In this document: positions 1-13,600 of the stretch, one piece after another
How the letters are laid out: the number at the start of each line of letters is the position of its first letter
How positions within the stretch are numbered: the stretch's first letter is position 1
Origin: Phoronis australis
Taxonomy: Eukaryota > Animalia > Phoronida
Assembly: GCA_002633005.1 (NCBI GenBank)
Contig: NMRA01000558.1
Location: 134,441-198,440 of the forward strand
DNA: 64,000 bases
Reading direction: 5' to 3'
The notes under the pieces: generated by a model
Databases searched by the model: none
Seen by the model: the letters and a program-made list of their open reading frames with translations, nothing else
What the model was told of the DNA's origin: nothing
Program-made: the position numbers and the translations under genes

Positions 1-341
1 ACTTGGAATCCTGCTTCAATCTCAACTTAGAGATCGCCGCGTGCCACTTGGAATTGAACATGTATTTGGGCAATCAGGTGGAATTTTTGTTCAGAGTAAA
101 GAATTTTTGTAGTTATTGGCCTTATAATCACTCACTTTCTCCTTTACCGTAACTTGTGTCAAAGAATCAATTATTGTAATGGATCGCCAATAGCTGAAAA
201 AAGGATAAGTTGAACTTTTTTACGTTATTTTATTAAAATATACTTTGATTTAGTGCAGTGCAATTTTTATCCACGTGAACGTGATTATTTGAGCGAAATT
301 GTCAAGTTTCCTCGTGTATTCCTAGTTCACGCACAGCAGCG
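1..341 (-). mobile_element. MITE family A, copy truncated by the window edge
   Basis: Reverse-complement homology to 26317-26704 (GGCAATCAGGTG-AATTTTTGTTCAG, TTTGATTTAGTGCAGTGCAA, AGTTCACGCACAGCA terminus). Confidence 0.8.
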
Positions 342-3300
342 AGACTTCTCATTCATCCACATTACAGTGTTCTGTCCGACAGGGCTTTTCCAGCCCCCGT
401 GAGGCCGGTGCTGAACGTGCAATAACATCTGGCTCTTTTGTTAACTGCCCAGCTCAGTCTTTTGTCCTGTATGATAACAAGCAGGCCAATTATCTTCCAG
501 GCTTCAAAGGAAACGTATGGTGATTGCACGCTATTTCCAAACGCGTATCAGTGACGGAAGTCAAACCCATATGTTGCGGCCTTGGTTAATCCCTTGGACA
601 GAATAGATTCTCTAAACTTCAGTTGTGAGTTGGGCGATTTTGGTGATTCAAAAACGGAACATGATCAGCATTTGACGAGAAATTCAGAAATGCTATTGGT
701 TTAAGCTCAAATATGTTATAACTTAACTTTCGTTTTTATCAGCCCAGCCCAGTCGAGGCTAGATACGATCTGATCGGAGATTAGAGCAATAATCGAACAA
801 AAGAGCGTAGGCCCTCCAAACATAAATGCCAGAATGGAGTTATCAGTCGTGTAAGATATTGGTTACGAGGGTAAACATCCCAACTTGTTGATGGGCTTTA
901 GAATCGAACAAGTTGGGAGCAATGTGTCGGGATGTCGCCGTCTTTATGGGTAGTATAAAGACTGTCTGCACCAAACAGAGTAACGCTCTACAGTAACAGC
1001 TCATGCAGCCCATGCGACCAAAAAAGTGAAATTGCATTAGAAAAAGCATTGGCCGACTGCCGACAGGGCGGCCTCTAGCTATAGTTGCACCCGCGGCCGG
1101 CGCACTCACCTAGCATGCCACATGAGCGGCTTCATCGTATTTCGCTAAAATTTCCTAATCCACCGACGAATGGTATTTCGTTTGTAAAATCTTCTTGGGG
1201 AATCGTTATAGTGAGGAATGAATTGTTCGCAGGAAACTTGTTAAATGTGGATCAAACTGACGCAGTGTACCGCCATGCGGCCGCATCATAACGCTTAATC
1301 GTCGTGAGAAACGGTCCGGAGTTGGTATGTGGTGCAACTCGGGACGGTCTGGGGTCTACAGAAAACAACAGTTCAACTGTGAGTCTACACCAATGTGATA
1401 AACGAGAGTAGTTCTACTTGCTGCGTCAGCTGCTGGTATGCTTATCTCTTTTATGACACACAATGTGCGACTGGGCAAAGCGTTTTCAAAATAATGTGGA
1501 TAAATCAGTGGAGTGTGAGACCCCTGAGGTCCCTGTCAAGTCCTCACGGCAATTTTACGTTATGTGGAAGCCAGCGCACGTCAGTGGAGCCGTGCCGACC
1601 GGGCAACGATCGAGTTAAATTGGGTCGGCGTCATCACTTCCGTCCGCCGGGCCTTCAACGCGAACCAAATTTGTTCTTACAAATTAACTTTCCAAACTGG
1701 ACGCTAATCAGCTGAATCACAATATCCGTCATCCTTCATTTTCTGTCTCCGAAACTAAACCAAACGGCCGGTGGGCGATCGAATTGGCCGTCGTCCACTC
1801 AATTACCTACACAGGAGGATTGTATTTTATTCAGTTTACTTTTACTAAAAGTAAAAACAACAGTACCAGGTGTAATGCGATCGAGTTACATTTTTATGCC
1901 AACTCAAAAGCGACCTTGACCATGATTTATACGTGGGCGGAGCACCACGGGGGGCTGAGGGCTCATAGCCACTTTTTTGAGGCTACGCCGCCGGCACATG
2001 GTCAGTAGGCTAGGCGGTGAACCACGGGGGGGGGCTGAGAGGCTACTAACTCGTTTATTATAGGAACCGTTACCAGAAACCGTTTGTTTGGAATTTCCTC
2101 TATCGTGTTTAAGAATTAGAAGAAGAATATTTTTTTTGTTTTTGAGCGAGTGTATAATTTTGTAGGCTACCTTTCTTCGTGTGCTAAATTTTAATAAAAC
2201 GACCTACTTGCGAGATAGAAGCGATGGCAGACTGGTCGACAATTCGAAAGTTACCTCTACGCTCTTTGTATTTTCGGAAAAATATTTTTAAGTTCTTTAA
2301 ATCAATATTTGGTTATTGCCCATGCACAGGCACTCTAAACATTTTGCTTTATCCCCGTGATATAAAGTAATGAGCCTGACAACACCCCTGTAAAATTAAA
2401 CAAGCACGTTCTCATTTACCTTCAACATAGCGCTTTTCTACAAGTTCCTGCTCTCTTCACTTATTTCGTACACAATTAATTCGATAATTTTACAGTTTTT
2501 CTTTTTTTTTTTAAAGGCTGGTTATCTTGGAGACAATGGAAGGCTTTTCCACAAGTTGTTATATAACATCTGCACACCACAATCCAAGCTAACAAGGGAA
2601 ATGAGTTTTCTTGATATTTATTTTTGCTCCGAAGTTAACTTGTCCCCCTTAGAGTTAGAAGGCGATGAATCCGCGTTATGCGATTTTGTCACAACGATGT
2701 TATTTTTTATCTGTGCGTGTGTATGAGCGCAAGTGCTGTGAGTAAAAATGCATTATAAAAAGACAAATGCCAGTATCTCTTGTTAAATGTAATTTCTTCC
2801 AACAATGCATGCTAGTTGAAAAGCGTCTTTGCCACTGGTATAACTTATCGTCCCCCAAACGTCTATTAACGTCTCCATTTGATGTCACGTGATTAACTAT
2901 GCATTACGCGTACGTTTACTCCAAAACATTTGTCCACCAATGAAACTTTATACATAGTCAGGGGCTGACCTATCCCAGTCATTATCTTCCTCGTCTATTT
3001 TGTCAACCGGCCAATAAAACTCAGATGGGATTTCCTGACGGTCATGGTCTTGCAGCCGCAGGTGTCCAATGTGCCCAGCCTTTGGCCTTCCTCCACGAAA
3101 GTCGCAGTAGTGAGCCGTCACTTCAAGCATACACTTCATCCCCTGCACAGTGTAAATTATATACTATCAAGATTCCGAAATATTGCATCTCGGGTATGTG
3201 GGGCAGGTTTTGGGACGGACGTCGAGAGCAACTTATCCGTAAACTATGTTTTTAAAATTATTTAATATTGCATATACGTGGGCGGCGCACCATAGGGGGC

Positions 3301-3689
3301 TGGAGACAATAGCTAGACCCCCCCCCCCCCACNCACACACACGTACTTCAGTGCTGCGCCACAAATGATATACATGTACACTGTACCTTGCTGATTACTG
3401 TAGTTCTAAGGATAATTCTATAAATAGAGATATGATAATCACCACCCGATCAACACCATGTAACAAAAAGGCAAAGTGTCGGAGTCTTGCACCATTCTAG
3501 CCAATTGAATCTTATGCTTTTCCCGTACTGGCTTTACCCTTGTGGGTTTATATTGTACAAAGATGAAACCCGAGGTGGTTCGTATGATGTATTAAAAGCT
3601 TCTGATGTGATAGTACAAAAATCTAACATATAGCATGCAAGTGAACCTATTCGACCAATCAGAATGTGCGCCAAATATAAAACTGACCA

Positions 3690-3945
3690 ATGGTGGATTA
3701 GGGGCGCGATATGGCGTGCCAACTATTTTGCGACAAGGGACACAAGTACGTGTTACTACACGAACACGTTGCCGTATCTGGGGTATCCAAAAGCGTTGAC
3801 GTAGGAAAGTAGCTGTAGCATTAACACCACTATGCAAAGAACGTAAGTGAGCATCGCGGATGACTAGTTCTGTGAATCGATGTTTGGATGGCAACAAGAT
3901 GGGGAATTTCGCGTCATCGGGGACAGACGCATTGTGTATCCTACC
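3690..3945 (-). mobile_element. BEL/Pao LTR-retrotransposon pol fragment (integrase zinc-binding H2C2 region)
   Basis: GRIHNASVPDDAKFPILLPSKHRFTELVIRDAHLRSLHSGVNATATFLRQRFWIPQIRQRVRVVTRTCVPCRKIVGTPYRAPNPP is typical of BEL/Pao; no LTRs seen. Confidence 0.88.
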
Positions 3946-4097
3946 NATTATCTTATGTACACTACATGTAAAGCAATCTCATGACAAATGCGTCAGCGGC
4001 GTGTTTAATTTGATTATGAAACAAGGATCATTAATCCCAAAAACAGATTATTGAGCAACCGAGAATTACAAGTCGAGTGAAACATACTGAAGAGTTT

Positions 4098-4257
4098 CAG
4101 GGGTTGATCCAGGAATTTTAGTTAGGGGGGGCAGGGCAGAATTTTCAGCCAGCATTTTGCCCGTCAGATATCGCACCCCCAAACTGCCAAATGGAACCTG
4201 GAAGAATTTTAGGGGGGGGCATGGCCCCCTAACTGGCCCCCCTCTAAATCCGCTATG
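4098..4257 (+). mobile_element. hAT-type MITE with 5-bp TSD (AGTTT)
   Basis: Ends CAGGGGTTGATCC and AATCCGCTATG; AGTTT at 4093-4097 and 4258-4262; inverted homologue of 55535-55689. Confidence 0.75.
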
Positions 4258-5309
4258 AGTTTGCGATGCTTTACTGCTACTACTACAGTTGGGATGACGA
4301 TTGCGTACTTGCCAGAAACCTTTTTCACTATGACAGCCGATATTCACAGGAAAGTATAGAGGAACGATTGTTTTTTATTGAGAAGAGTCGATTTATTGGC
4401 TAAACGTTGCGGTTAGGCAGAGAATGTTACCGTGACAGGACAAGGCGCTGACTTGACATAACTACCCAAGCACTCTGTTAAAAATTAGTACGCTTGGGGA
4501 TGTTTGAAGGAAAACCCGGTTTAACGATATCTCAAACCTTATTCACAAAATTGGACGTTTTTACAATATTTAAAATGTGTGTAGCAAAACACCTACATGT
4601 AATCTTCTTTCTCAGTGAACTTCAAATACGAAATATGTACCGTATAATGTAAGCACAAACGACGATACATTTACTCATTCACGTACTAGCCTACATATGT
4701 TCTTTAATGTGTGTTTATATGTATTATACACCTATACACATGTATGTATACCTGTTAGTATAACTAAGGAGTGCACTCCTTGGCAGGCCTTCATTAACAC
4801 ATATTTGATTGGACGCGATGTGTTCAGTGGAACGTCCACATTTTAGTACTGAGTGTCCTCCCTTACATGCAGATATACATGTATGTAGTAGGCCTAGTGA
4901 CCTAAGTCGTATATAGTGTGCGTCGCGTTGTCTTACTTTATTATTGTATGTGGCAGTTGGTCACCTTCTCTCTTTTCGTGTTTGAAGACTTCTTACTACC
5001 ATTCTGTATTATGGCCTGGAGATGGAAGATGCATTCCAAAATATGAGCTGTTTTATGGATTCCCGTTTTGTTTTTATCGGTCACGATGAACATCGGACAA
5101 CTCAAGTCTACGTCCGTACCAGAGGGCACTTGATAAAATGCGGATGAATCAACCACTGAGTCGTATTCAATTATACATGTTTGTATGTATTGATGCATGT
5201 ATGTACGTACGGTATGTATGTTGGTATGTACTTGTGTATTTATTGACTGAGTGTGCATGTATTTAGATATAGTTGTATGGCGGATTGATGACTAGCTAGA
5301 TGGATGGAT

Positions 5310-5840
5310 GGCTTACCGTTGGACAGTCCTCGTCAGACGTGCATGAGTCATCGGGACGAAAGTCAACGTTATGTCTTTTTTCGAAGAACTCCTTGCTCTC
5401 TTCAAAAATCTGTTCTGGGACCTCTCTGGTGAAAATAATGGGAACTCTCATTCAGAAAATGCCCACCGCATATCAACACCGAGCTTTGGGCCCACGTGAT
5501 GGTTAATTGGTCATTGTACGTCTCAGTTATTCCAACAGATTCAAACCAAAGAAGGCAGAACCGGGGATTTGCCTCTGTATGAGACTGCTCAACCACTTTC
5601 ATTATGGGTCCACCTATTTACGCACAAATTTTACCTAAAGGCACCATAGATGTAGCCTTGGGCCCAGGCTGTCCCATTTGTTCCGTAACCACAGCCGTGT
5701 TTTAATGTGAAACAAGAGGTAGTTTTGTTGGCATGGGCAACACAAATAATCATAGCAATGTCAAGCATTGTGTTGGGCATCTTTTATGGTCATGACAACA
5801 CATCCAAGTTTCTAATTCTTGGATCATTGATATTCACCTG
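5310..5840 (-). pseudogene. Possible decayed KDZ-type (HMGXB3-like) transposase fragment
   Basis: Frame-shifted peptides NDPRIRNLDVLS..KMPNTMLDIA..AHANK, SHTEANPRFCL and GGHFLNESS loosely recall HMGXB3-like KDZ motifs in the right order; many stops. Confidence 0.3.
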
Positions 5841-7935
5841 TAAAATGGGTGGCAGCCGGTAGATGTCGCATCAAACAATGCTTCCATGATACTGAGCCTC
5901 ACATAGCGATTGCGCATAGAGTATTTATGCGCGCACCCAGCCTAAAATATAGGGAGGCTTGAATTTTTCGATATGCGGACCTGGACCCTTTACTGAAAGA
6001 CATCAACGAGAACTAAAAAAAAACGGGGCCACTGTGTTCAAGCCCACGCATAGTGCATCTGCGCCCACTTTCCTTGGATTTTGTGGACTTTTGCCGACTC
6101 GGACTTTTTGTTTCACTGAGGCGGACCTTTATGCCCAATTCGCCAAATTGGGGGGCTCGTGCGCCCATGGTATTGTACGAGTAAGGGCAGAGTTACTCAA
6201 TTTAAATATCAAACCAGTGACCGGTTCATGGAATAAAACCCTACGTTTTCGTGGACGCTCCCTACAAATGGTTCCTTTCCGGGCCCACTAGTCTAGTACA
6301 TGGGTGAATACCTTAACCCTCGTCGGAACTAAAATCGAATACTCCCTTCCTCCAGGGTTAATAAGTCCACCCTTCAAAATCGAACGTTCTGTTCCTTGCG
6401 TCTGCGGTTTGTATGCGGCCAGTGAACAATCTGCTGACAACCTCTTTAAAACCGGATTGACCATCGAGTCGTAATACACGTGCTGTTTGGTGCATGCGCG
6501 TAACACGTAACAAAAAATACTCACAATTGTTCATCAGCTGATCTGTTCTTAGGGTCGCCACAGTAGTAACCTTTATCGGAACGATGACACACATTTCCGG
6601 GCTATTATAGTAAGTGGAAAAAGAAAGTAGTTTGTTAATACGCATAGATAGACACATAATTAAGCTGTCCTATAAGGCAGCCATGCAAAGACACTGCACC
6701 ATTTTCAGTGGAAGCAATGTACATGTGAGTGGAGGGGTTTCATCGCGGAGAACAAACTAGACACACTGGATGTCTTCCGGCAGTCCCACATGTACGTAAT
6801 GACGTATTTTAAGGGGTCTGAATCTTGATCAATTATGAGAGTTCTCCCTCAGTCAGTACTCTGCACTATGGCCACCACTCCATATTCGCCAATGCAGCCC
6901 TACGGCCGTCGCCACCACACGCTCACTGAATCCAATCTCATTGCATCGGTTTTAAAGTGCTGTGCGGTGCGCTCTTTAGTGAAACACTATATTAGGAAGT
7001 CCTGCCATTGCAAGTTAAGGCCCCTGTTTTTGGAGGAGGGTTTATAAAGTCCTACTTGGACAATGTTCTCTAATTGCGAGTCTTGTTGATGTGTACAATT
7101 AAGGTATCGTTGTTAAGTAAAACTGTTGCTGCGTGAATATTAAAAAAAAAAATATTTTACTTACACCTACGCATTTTTGGATACAGTTTTGGTTGCCTTA
7201 TAGATCTATGGTAGATTTTACAACATATTACCTACCCCGCCTTACCTTTAGTTTTCTACATTCAGAATCAAACACGCAGTTGTTGAATCTTCTATACTCA
7301 AATTGTTCTTTCGAGAAGTAGCCGATGTTCTTGAAATCGTGTTCACTGAAATATTTAAATATTGTTTCATATCTAGGGGCGGCCTACCCGTGCCTAACTG
7401 CGTCAACTTTAAACTGATCTGGCTCGCGCGAACATTCCTGATTCAAAAAACTTACTGTCTAACGCATGTATGAAAAGGGTTTTACAACTCGTAGAATGTT
7501 CACTTTCTTATAACGTCTTACGTGCTCATTATGAAGATTTAAAAAGCAACTTACTTGATAATTTGATGGTCCCCAGCAGTGCCGACATCAGCATCACCAA
7601 ACTCTTCCTGTTGGCGTTTTCGACGACGTTTCACTAGTATTCGGCATATACCGTTACAAGATTTTGCAGATCTTTTAACAAATTCCCGTTTTCGGATTAA
7701 GAGGTTTAATCTAGCCTTCACCAGTTGTGTTCTCAGCGACAAAGACCTAAAATCCTCCATAGACAAAGTCTATAAGTTAGTCTGTGTCGTACAATAAATT
7801 TGCATTAACAGGGGAACGACCGCAAACATTCATTTCAAGTTGTGTTTAAATTAAGTTGCGGCATCGAAAAGACAACAACACACTATCGATAGAAGCATGA
7901 AGGGAGCGTCATGCAGTAAGTGAAGTGATTCCGAT

Positions 7936-8033
7936 CCCTGCGGGAAGCTTTAGACCTCTCCCCATTCCAATCCTTGCGGGAAGCTCCAGACCTCTCCCCA
8001 ATTCCAGTCTCTGCGGGAAGCTCCAGACTTCTC
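7936..8033. repeat. ~36-37-bp tandem repeat of about 2.7 copies (TGCGGGAAGCTCCAGACCTCTCCCCA-TTCCA-TC)
   Basis: Read directly. Confidence 0.85.
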
Positions 8034-10029
8034 CTTTGTTCCAATCATTCAACCTTTCCCCAAGAAGTAAGCGAGACGCTCCTGAGAGCTTATTAAGCTT
8101 GTCCATGTGAACAAGTTTAATTTCTTTGATTAGAAACTCTCCTGGTTGGATATAGATTTACATTTCAAGTTGTTGAGGACCATTTCTGGATCAGCTTATC
8201 AGCAACACCCCGGTTGTCATGCAATAGAATGTAAAAAACCTAAAACTGTTAAGTCGTTACATTTCCGTCATAATTTGAAAGATTCTTCTCTCAGACAAAA
8301 CGAACCCATTCGTATTTCAAATAATGAAACTGTGAGTCCCAGCTTGTGCAAGTCTATACTCTAAAAAACCTTTACTGATACGCTGGGCTTCAGTGCTCAT
8401 GCAGTTCCGTGAAACAGTCCCGAATACTTTGACCCAAGCAAGTTCCATAATTTTCTTGAGTATTTACTAAGGCAAATCTATTCTCCCATTTTCTCGCATT
8501 TTGTCTTAAACTATGAGCTCTTCTTTGACTACTGGCATTTTCTAAATATATAACTAAAACTGAGTCTTTAGTTCAGTAAAAATCAGTACGGACTTAGTCC
8601 TTAAATTAGGGGAGTTGCAAGAAAAGATGCCTAGTTATTTTCATAAGTAATGTGAAAATTCAAAGTAGAGTTCACTATTGATTTGTATAAAAGCCAAAAA
8701 TTGAATTACTAATAAAACGAACAGCATAAGAAATGACAATCATGTTTCAAAAACTTCGCAAAAACGCATTAGATTTAGGGACTTTATTAGAAACCCTGGA
8801 CACGGACGTATACTTCCCTCAACTTTAACACTAGCACAGATTGATAGTGGGACACGAGCTTGTTCACTTCCTGCACGACGAGATAGTTTTCATCCAAAGA
8901 AATTCGCCTTCTAATGAACAAGGACATAATAAACTTACAGGACATCGTCCAGTGTGATGAGAGAAAGTATCTCAAGGAACAACATCAAACTGTAGACTTT
9001 AGGGCTCATATCTTACGCTTCGAGTAGGTTTTCTGGTACCCAAAGGCCATTAACAGAACCCGAGTTCACCACAGCCTAATGTCGTGTATGATGGGGCCAC
9101 GTGACTGTTTTCTAAAGTCGTTGTCAATGCGATCGTGGAGGTTTTCGCGGATTGAACACACGATAAAACTTTAAGCTGCAATTCCTGGATTCTGTTTCAT
9201 GAAAAATGACTTGCAATTTAACCATTAATGACGTCACGCTTCCATTAGGAATTGAGTACGTTTAGCCAATTAATGTCATGTAACGGCACATCACTGTCTA
9301 GAAATAATTTATAGACCTTGATGATAGTCCAAGACTTTGCACTTTTTCAAGTGAGATTCTATTACTTTTTTCGAAATAGTAAGGACAAAATTTGACTAAG
9401 TCGTGACTGAGTCAATTTTCGCGAAACACACTCCTTGGTGCAGATTCTAATCACCGTAGCCACGCGCTACTCATAGTCAGACTTGAACTTTAACCAATCA
9501 GGCTGCATGCTTAGAGTATCAGTAAGTTTGCTCGAAGCCTGTCATGTAATTGGACAACTTTCTATGCGAGTTTCGAATACGGAATCGAAGTTAAACCATG
9601 GGGTCTAGGCCTACATTCAACGCACGTACGTTTTACTTTTGACAATGGTTGCGCTCGACACACACTTCGCCGAAAATTCTAGCCAAAGTAACGCGATCTC
9701 GTTCACTCGGCGATATCTCATATCTCGCAGAATCTTGCTTCTCTACGTAACACTAGCGAGAATGAAACCGACACAAGTCATTTTTAAGCTGATAAAGGAT
9801 AAATTGTTCGGGTGTTAATATTTGCACGAACTGTTCTCACAGTTAAATTAAAATGTGAAAAAAGGAAGAATTAATGCATGTGTGTCACAGCGTTGTCACT
9901 GTGAGGCATGCACTGACACTTAACATCTGGCACGTGACCCCGAAGACATCATCCTTTATTACGTACCAGTTGAGTTTATGTGAGCCCACAGCAAAAGAAA
10001 TGTTGACTTTGAAATAGATTTGTTAAAAC

Positions 10030-10035
10030 TTTATT
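10030..10035 (-). promoter_or_regulatory. Candidate polyadenylation signal (AATAAA) for CFAP221
   Basis: TTTATT on the plus strand about 515 nt past the stop; a second copy at 9955-9960. Confidence 0.5.
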
Positions 10036-10549
10036 TACATCTTTGTACAATATACAAAATAAATACATAATAGGCACAGTCAGTTCTGTGAAAAACAATC
10101 TACTTCAGGGAGACTACAACATTCACACAAAAGTACTTTTTACAAATCGTGCACGTGCCTCTAAAGTCATATTCAAGGCCACGTAACCTGGGCACGGTGC
10201 AAAGTCATTTCTCCACAATGAAAGTCAATCAAAATTGCAGATTACAAAGAAATGCATATCAACAGCAAAAACTCAGGTAAGCACAAGTCAAATACATCTC
10301 TCATTATGCTAACATCTTTATAACTGCCTGCTTATTTGAAGTAGGCACCTGACTTTGATATGAAATTAAGTTTTAAGTAGAAATGAAAGGGGCAGGTTAC
10401 ACTGTATCACCTGCCCCAGGGGTACAGCCCACAGACTATAACTTCAAAATAACACAATAAATTTACAACTCTAAATATTGTTTGAACATTTGTCAGTTGG
10501 GAAGTCATCTATTTCAGCGGATGGACATTTATCTCAGTTCAAAGGTCAT

Positions 10550-10676
10550 TTATTTCAGTTCAAGGTCATCCATTGTAGTGAACGAGTTCATCATATCCAC
10601 ACGGCCTTGAATTTTTTGTCCCAATTTGTTGTACTTCTTGTTCAAGAAAAAGTCAATTTCCTGTTCTCTTTTCTCC
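10550..10676 (-). CDS. CFAP221: CFAP221 last coding exon ([19 protein letters not shown]...LELK*)
   Basis: Phase 2 entry, TAA at 10552-10550. Confidence 0.85.
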
Positions 10677-13600
10677 CTAAAAGACAATAATGACAATTTA
10701 AACATACGGCTTCATAAGTGCACATGTTTCTTTTGCCTCCAAAAAGACGTAGTAATTGTAATGTGAGACTTTGACAAGATTTGACATAAAACAGATCACA
10801 GAAGACTGCAAAATTTAGGTAACACAGAAGTGTATATGTACACAGTATCTAATAAGAATTTCTATGACTGGCTAATTTTGAACATCTGCAGCAATGATAC
10901 ATATAAGTGGATATATGTGAGCTACATGCAAACAATGGACGAAAGAGTTTTAAAGGACACTTACCTTGGTACAGGTCCAATATTTGACACAGGAATGTTT
11001 GTGGCAGGCATTTTGTTTCCATTAGGGAACATGTCACTGAAAAAGTAGTGTGAATTTATAGTGTACACTCATGCTAACTTTAGAAAGAATTCAAACTTTA
11101 GCAAATCATGCATTAAAACAGACACCCCTGAGAGGAGTGAGTTGCATGACCAAAAGCCCATGGAATTTTGTGAACATCATTCTAAAAGGAAGTGAATTCT
11201 TATATCCGTCACTTGTGATAAATTAACTCCAATGCACCAGATGGCGCTTTCGTGTTCTCACCTGCTTTGTTTCTCCTCAGTAACAACTGCATCGCTGACT
11301 GAAGGAAACATGGCATTAACCATCTCGGGTGTAAGTTGTATTGGCTCAGATTTTGTCAGATTTTCACCATCTTCTCCCTCGCTGTAAACATAATGTAAAA
11401 GTGTTACACAGTACTGTGAGCAAAATTCTAGGTCGTTTGGTAGCATGACCAGAGACAATCAGTCATTACAAATTATGGAGAGATAAAAAGTGAGAAAGCC
11501 ACATTTGCCAGAATAAAAACCATTTCCTATTAACATAGACGTCTTCCTAGTCAATAATGGCTGAGTAAGGTAAATAGCTTATCTGCAAAAATTATTGTAT
11601 CAGCTTGTTAAATACAGTACAAAGTATTCATTCAAACAAGATGACCCGGAATTCCCCGTTATGACATCTGGGCGAAAGCAAAATTCATCGCCAGACTAGT
11701 CATCTCTCATGACCGAGAATGAACAGAAATTAATCACAAAATCAGTAAGTTGGCTAAGCCATTCTGTAATTAGAATTTTGACACTATAATAGTTAATACA
11801 CGTCAAGTAATTTTTGCTCGTAACGGAATTAGCCATCATGGCGGGGAAAACGGTATTTTGCCCAATTATGTTGTACTGTAAATGATATATGGCTTTGTCA
11901 TGACAATTTAATTCAGTTTTCAAGGAAGATAACTGACGGTGTCGTGACAACTTACACTGCCTCTTCATAGATATTCTCACGGTCCTCTTCAGGGAGAGCA
12001 TCCAGCAGGTGGGGAACATCAGTAGGAAGTAGATCAGAGTTGAAAGGGTCAGACCAGCGTGGCACCCACACATTACTAAGGGTTGGCGTATTGGACAGAG
12101 ATGTCAGCCCTTGAGAAGGAAACTTCTTCCATGTCATCACCCCTTTGACCACATCCTGTAGAATGTGGAGAGGGTATAACTCAGGTTATGCATTCCACAA
12201 ACATTAAAATTGTCACTAACACAAAAGTTTGTATTGTTCGCTATTCGTACATGTAACAAGACCATGATTTTGACACAGATGGGTGGGCCAACCAGAACAA
12301 TCCGAATTTCTAACCACTGATACCCAACATGAAGTATTAAGCACATTTAACAACACCTATTTCATGAAGTCGGATAATAGAACACCAAATGTCTGTTTCT
12401 GAGTAATAAAATTGATTTAAGATTTAGAAATTTGGTCTTACATCACACAGCTATTTCTGAAAGTAATTAAATCTCACTTGAGCAAAAATGCAAACTGCCA
12501 CTATAACTGATGGTAATTTCTCAAAAATATTTTTCATACTGTAACAAGCTCATTTATTTAATTACTCAGCTAACTTTCAGCTTTAAGTCGCTTTTCATGA
12601 ATCCGACCCCTGTAATTTAGCATTTACCAGACAATTTCATGTTTACCATATCCACCTGAAAACAGCTGAACAACATGTATTACAGGCCCGGCACACAAAA
12701 TATTAATGCAAAATTTTAATTTGTTTAAGACACAGAATAGCTGTACTAACCTCTCGCTCTAGATACTGTTTCTGTGTGGAAGAATGTGGCTGGTTATCAG
12801 ACTCTTTCTTAGGATACCTTGGCAGGGGGCACAGGTGATAGTCAGGGTCAACTTCAGCGTAGGAGAGGGGTGCCTGGAACACCTGCAGACCAGGGGCGGG
12901 GTTCTGAAAACATATTTCTCGAATAAAAATTCATGGACTTTAACCGTACAATTTGAACAAACAGGTCAGTCTGAAACAAGCAGAATACGAACTAGATTTT
13001 AGTAAACTCCATGTGGAGTAAAAATAATTAGGTCATAATCATACAGTCATAAAATCAGACTCGTAAAATTTCTTACTGTGACATGATTCCAGTTCCCTTG
13101 TTACAAACTCAAGCTACTGGTTTTGCATAGATTCACCATTTTTGAATTTACAATTTTGGGGTTGACAAGCCCCAATAAACTCTGTAACATTTTTTGAGTA
13201 GCTGTTGATTTTGATATTCGTGTTGGAAAAGTAGAGACCTATCACAGTAAGGAATATTGTGATACCAATTTATGAGCATAAAAGGCATAATTCAGTTTTC
13301 ATTTTAGCCTGCTTTATGGGGGGAAATGCATCAGGTTTTTTGAAAACACTAAAAATGAGTATATCACCAAAAATAAAATTTGTAATGATCAATCTTTGGA
13401 CTGAGACCTTCTGCGGAATCAATTCATAAAATTGCAAACTAAAATACAAAATTCCTTCGTATCTTTTTTAGTGATCAAGAGGAGAAATTGTTATCAATAT
13501 CACAAAATACCTGACTTTCTAGAAACAGCAAAATAATCCTGACAGACATTTTGTGTTGCTGCACAGATAAAATGAGCAAAAAAACAACTAAATTGATATG

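Noticed and set aside
2700-3255. Exon-like minus-strand ORFs (…EFYWPVDKIDEEDNDWDRSAPDYV)
   Set aside because: No recognisable family, no consistent exon chain, and they lie among transposon debris.
6313-6361. TTAACCCT...AGGGTTAA, a piggyBac-like mini element
   Set aside because: Only about 4 bp of TIR beyond TTAA; cannot be distinguished from chance.
7551-8110. ORFs around the 36-bp tandem repeat
   Set aside because: Short, interrupted by stops in all frames and partly repeat-derived; no homology recognised.
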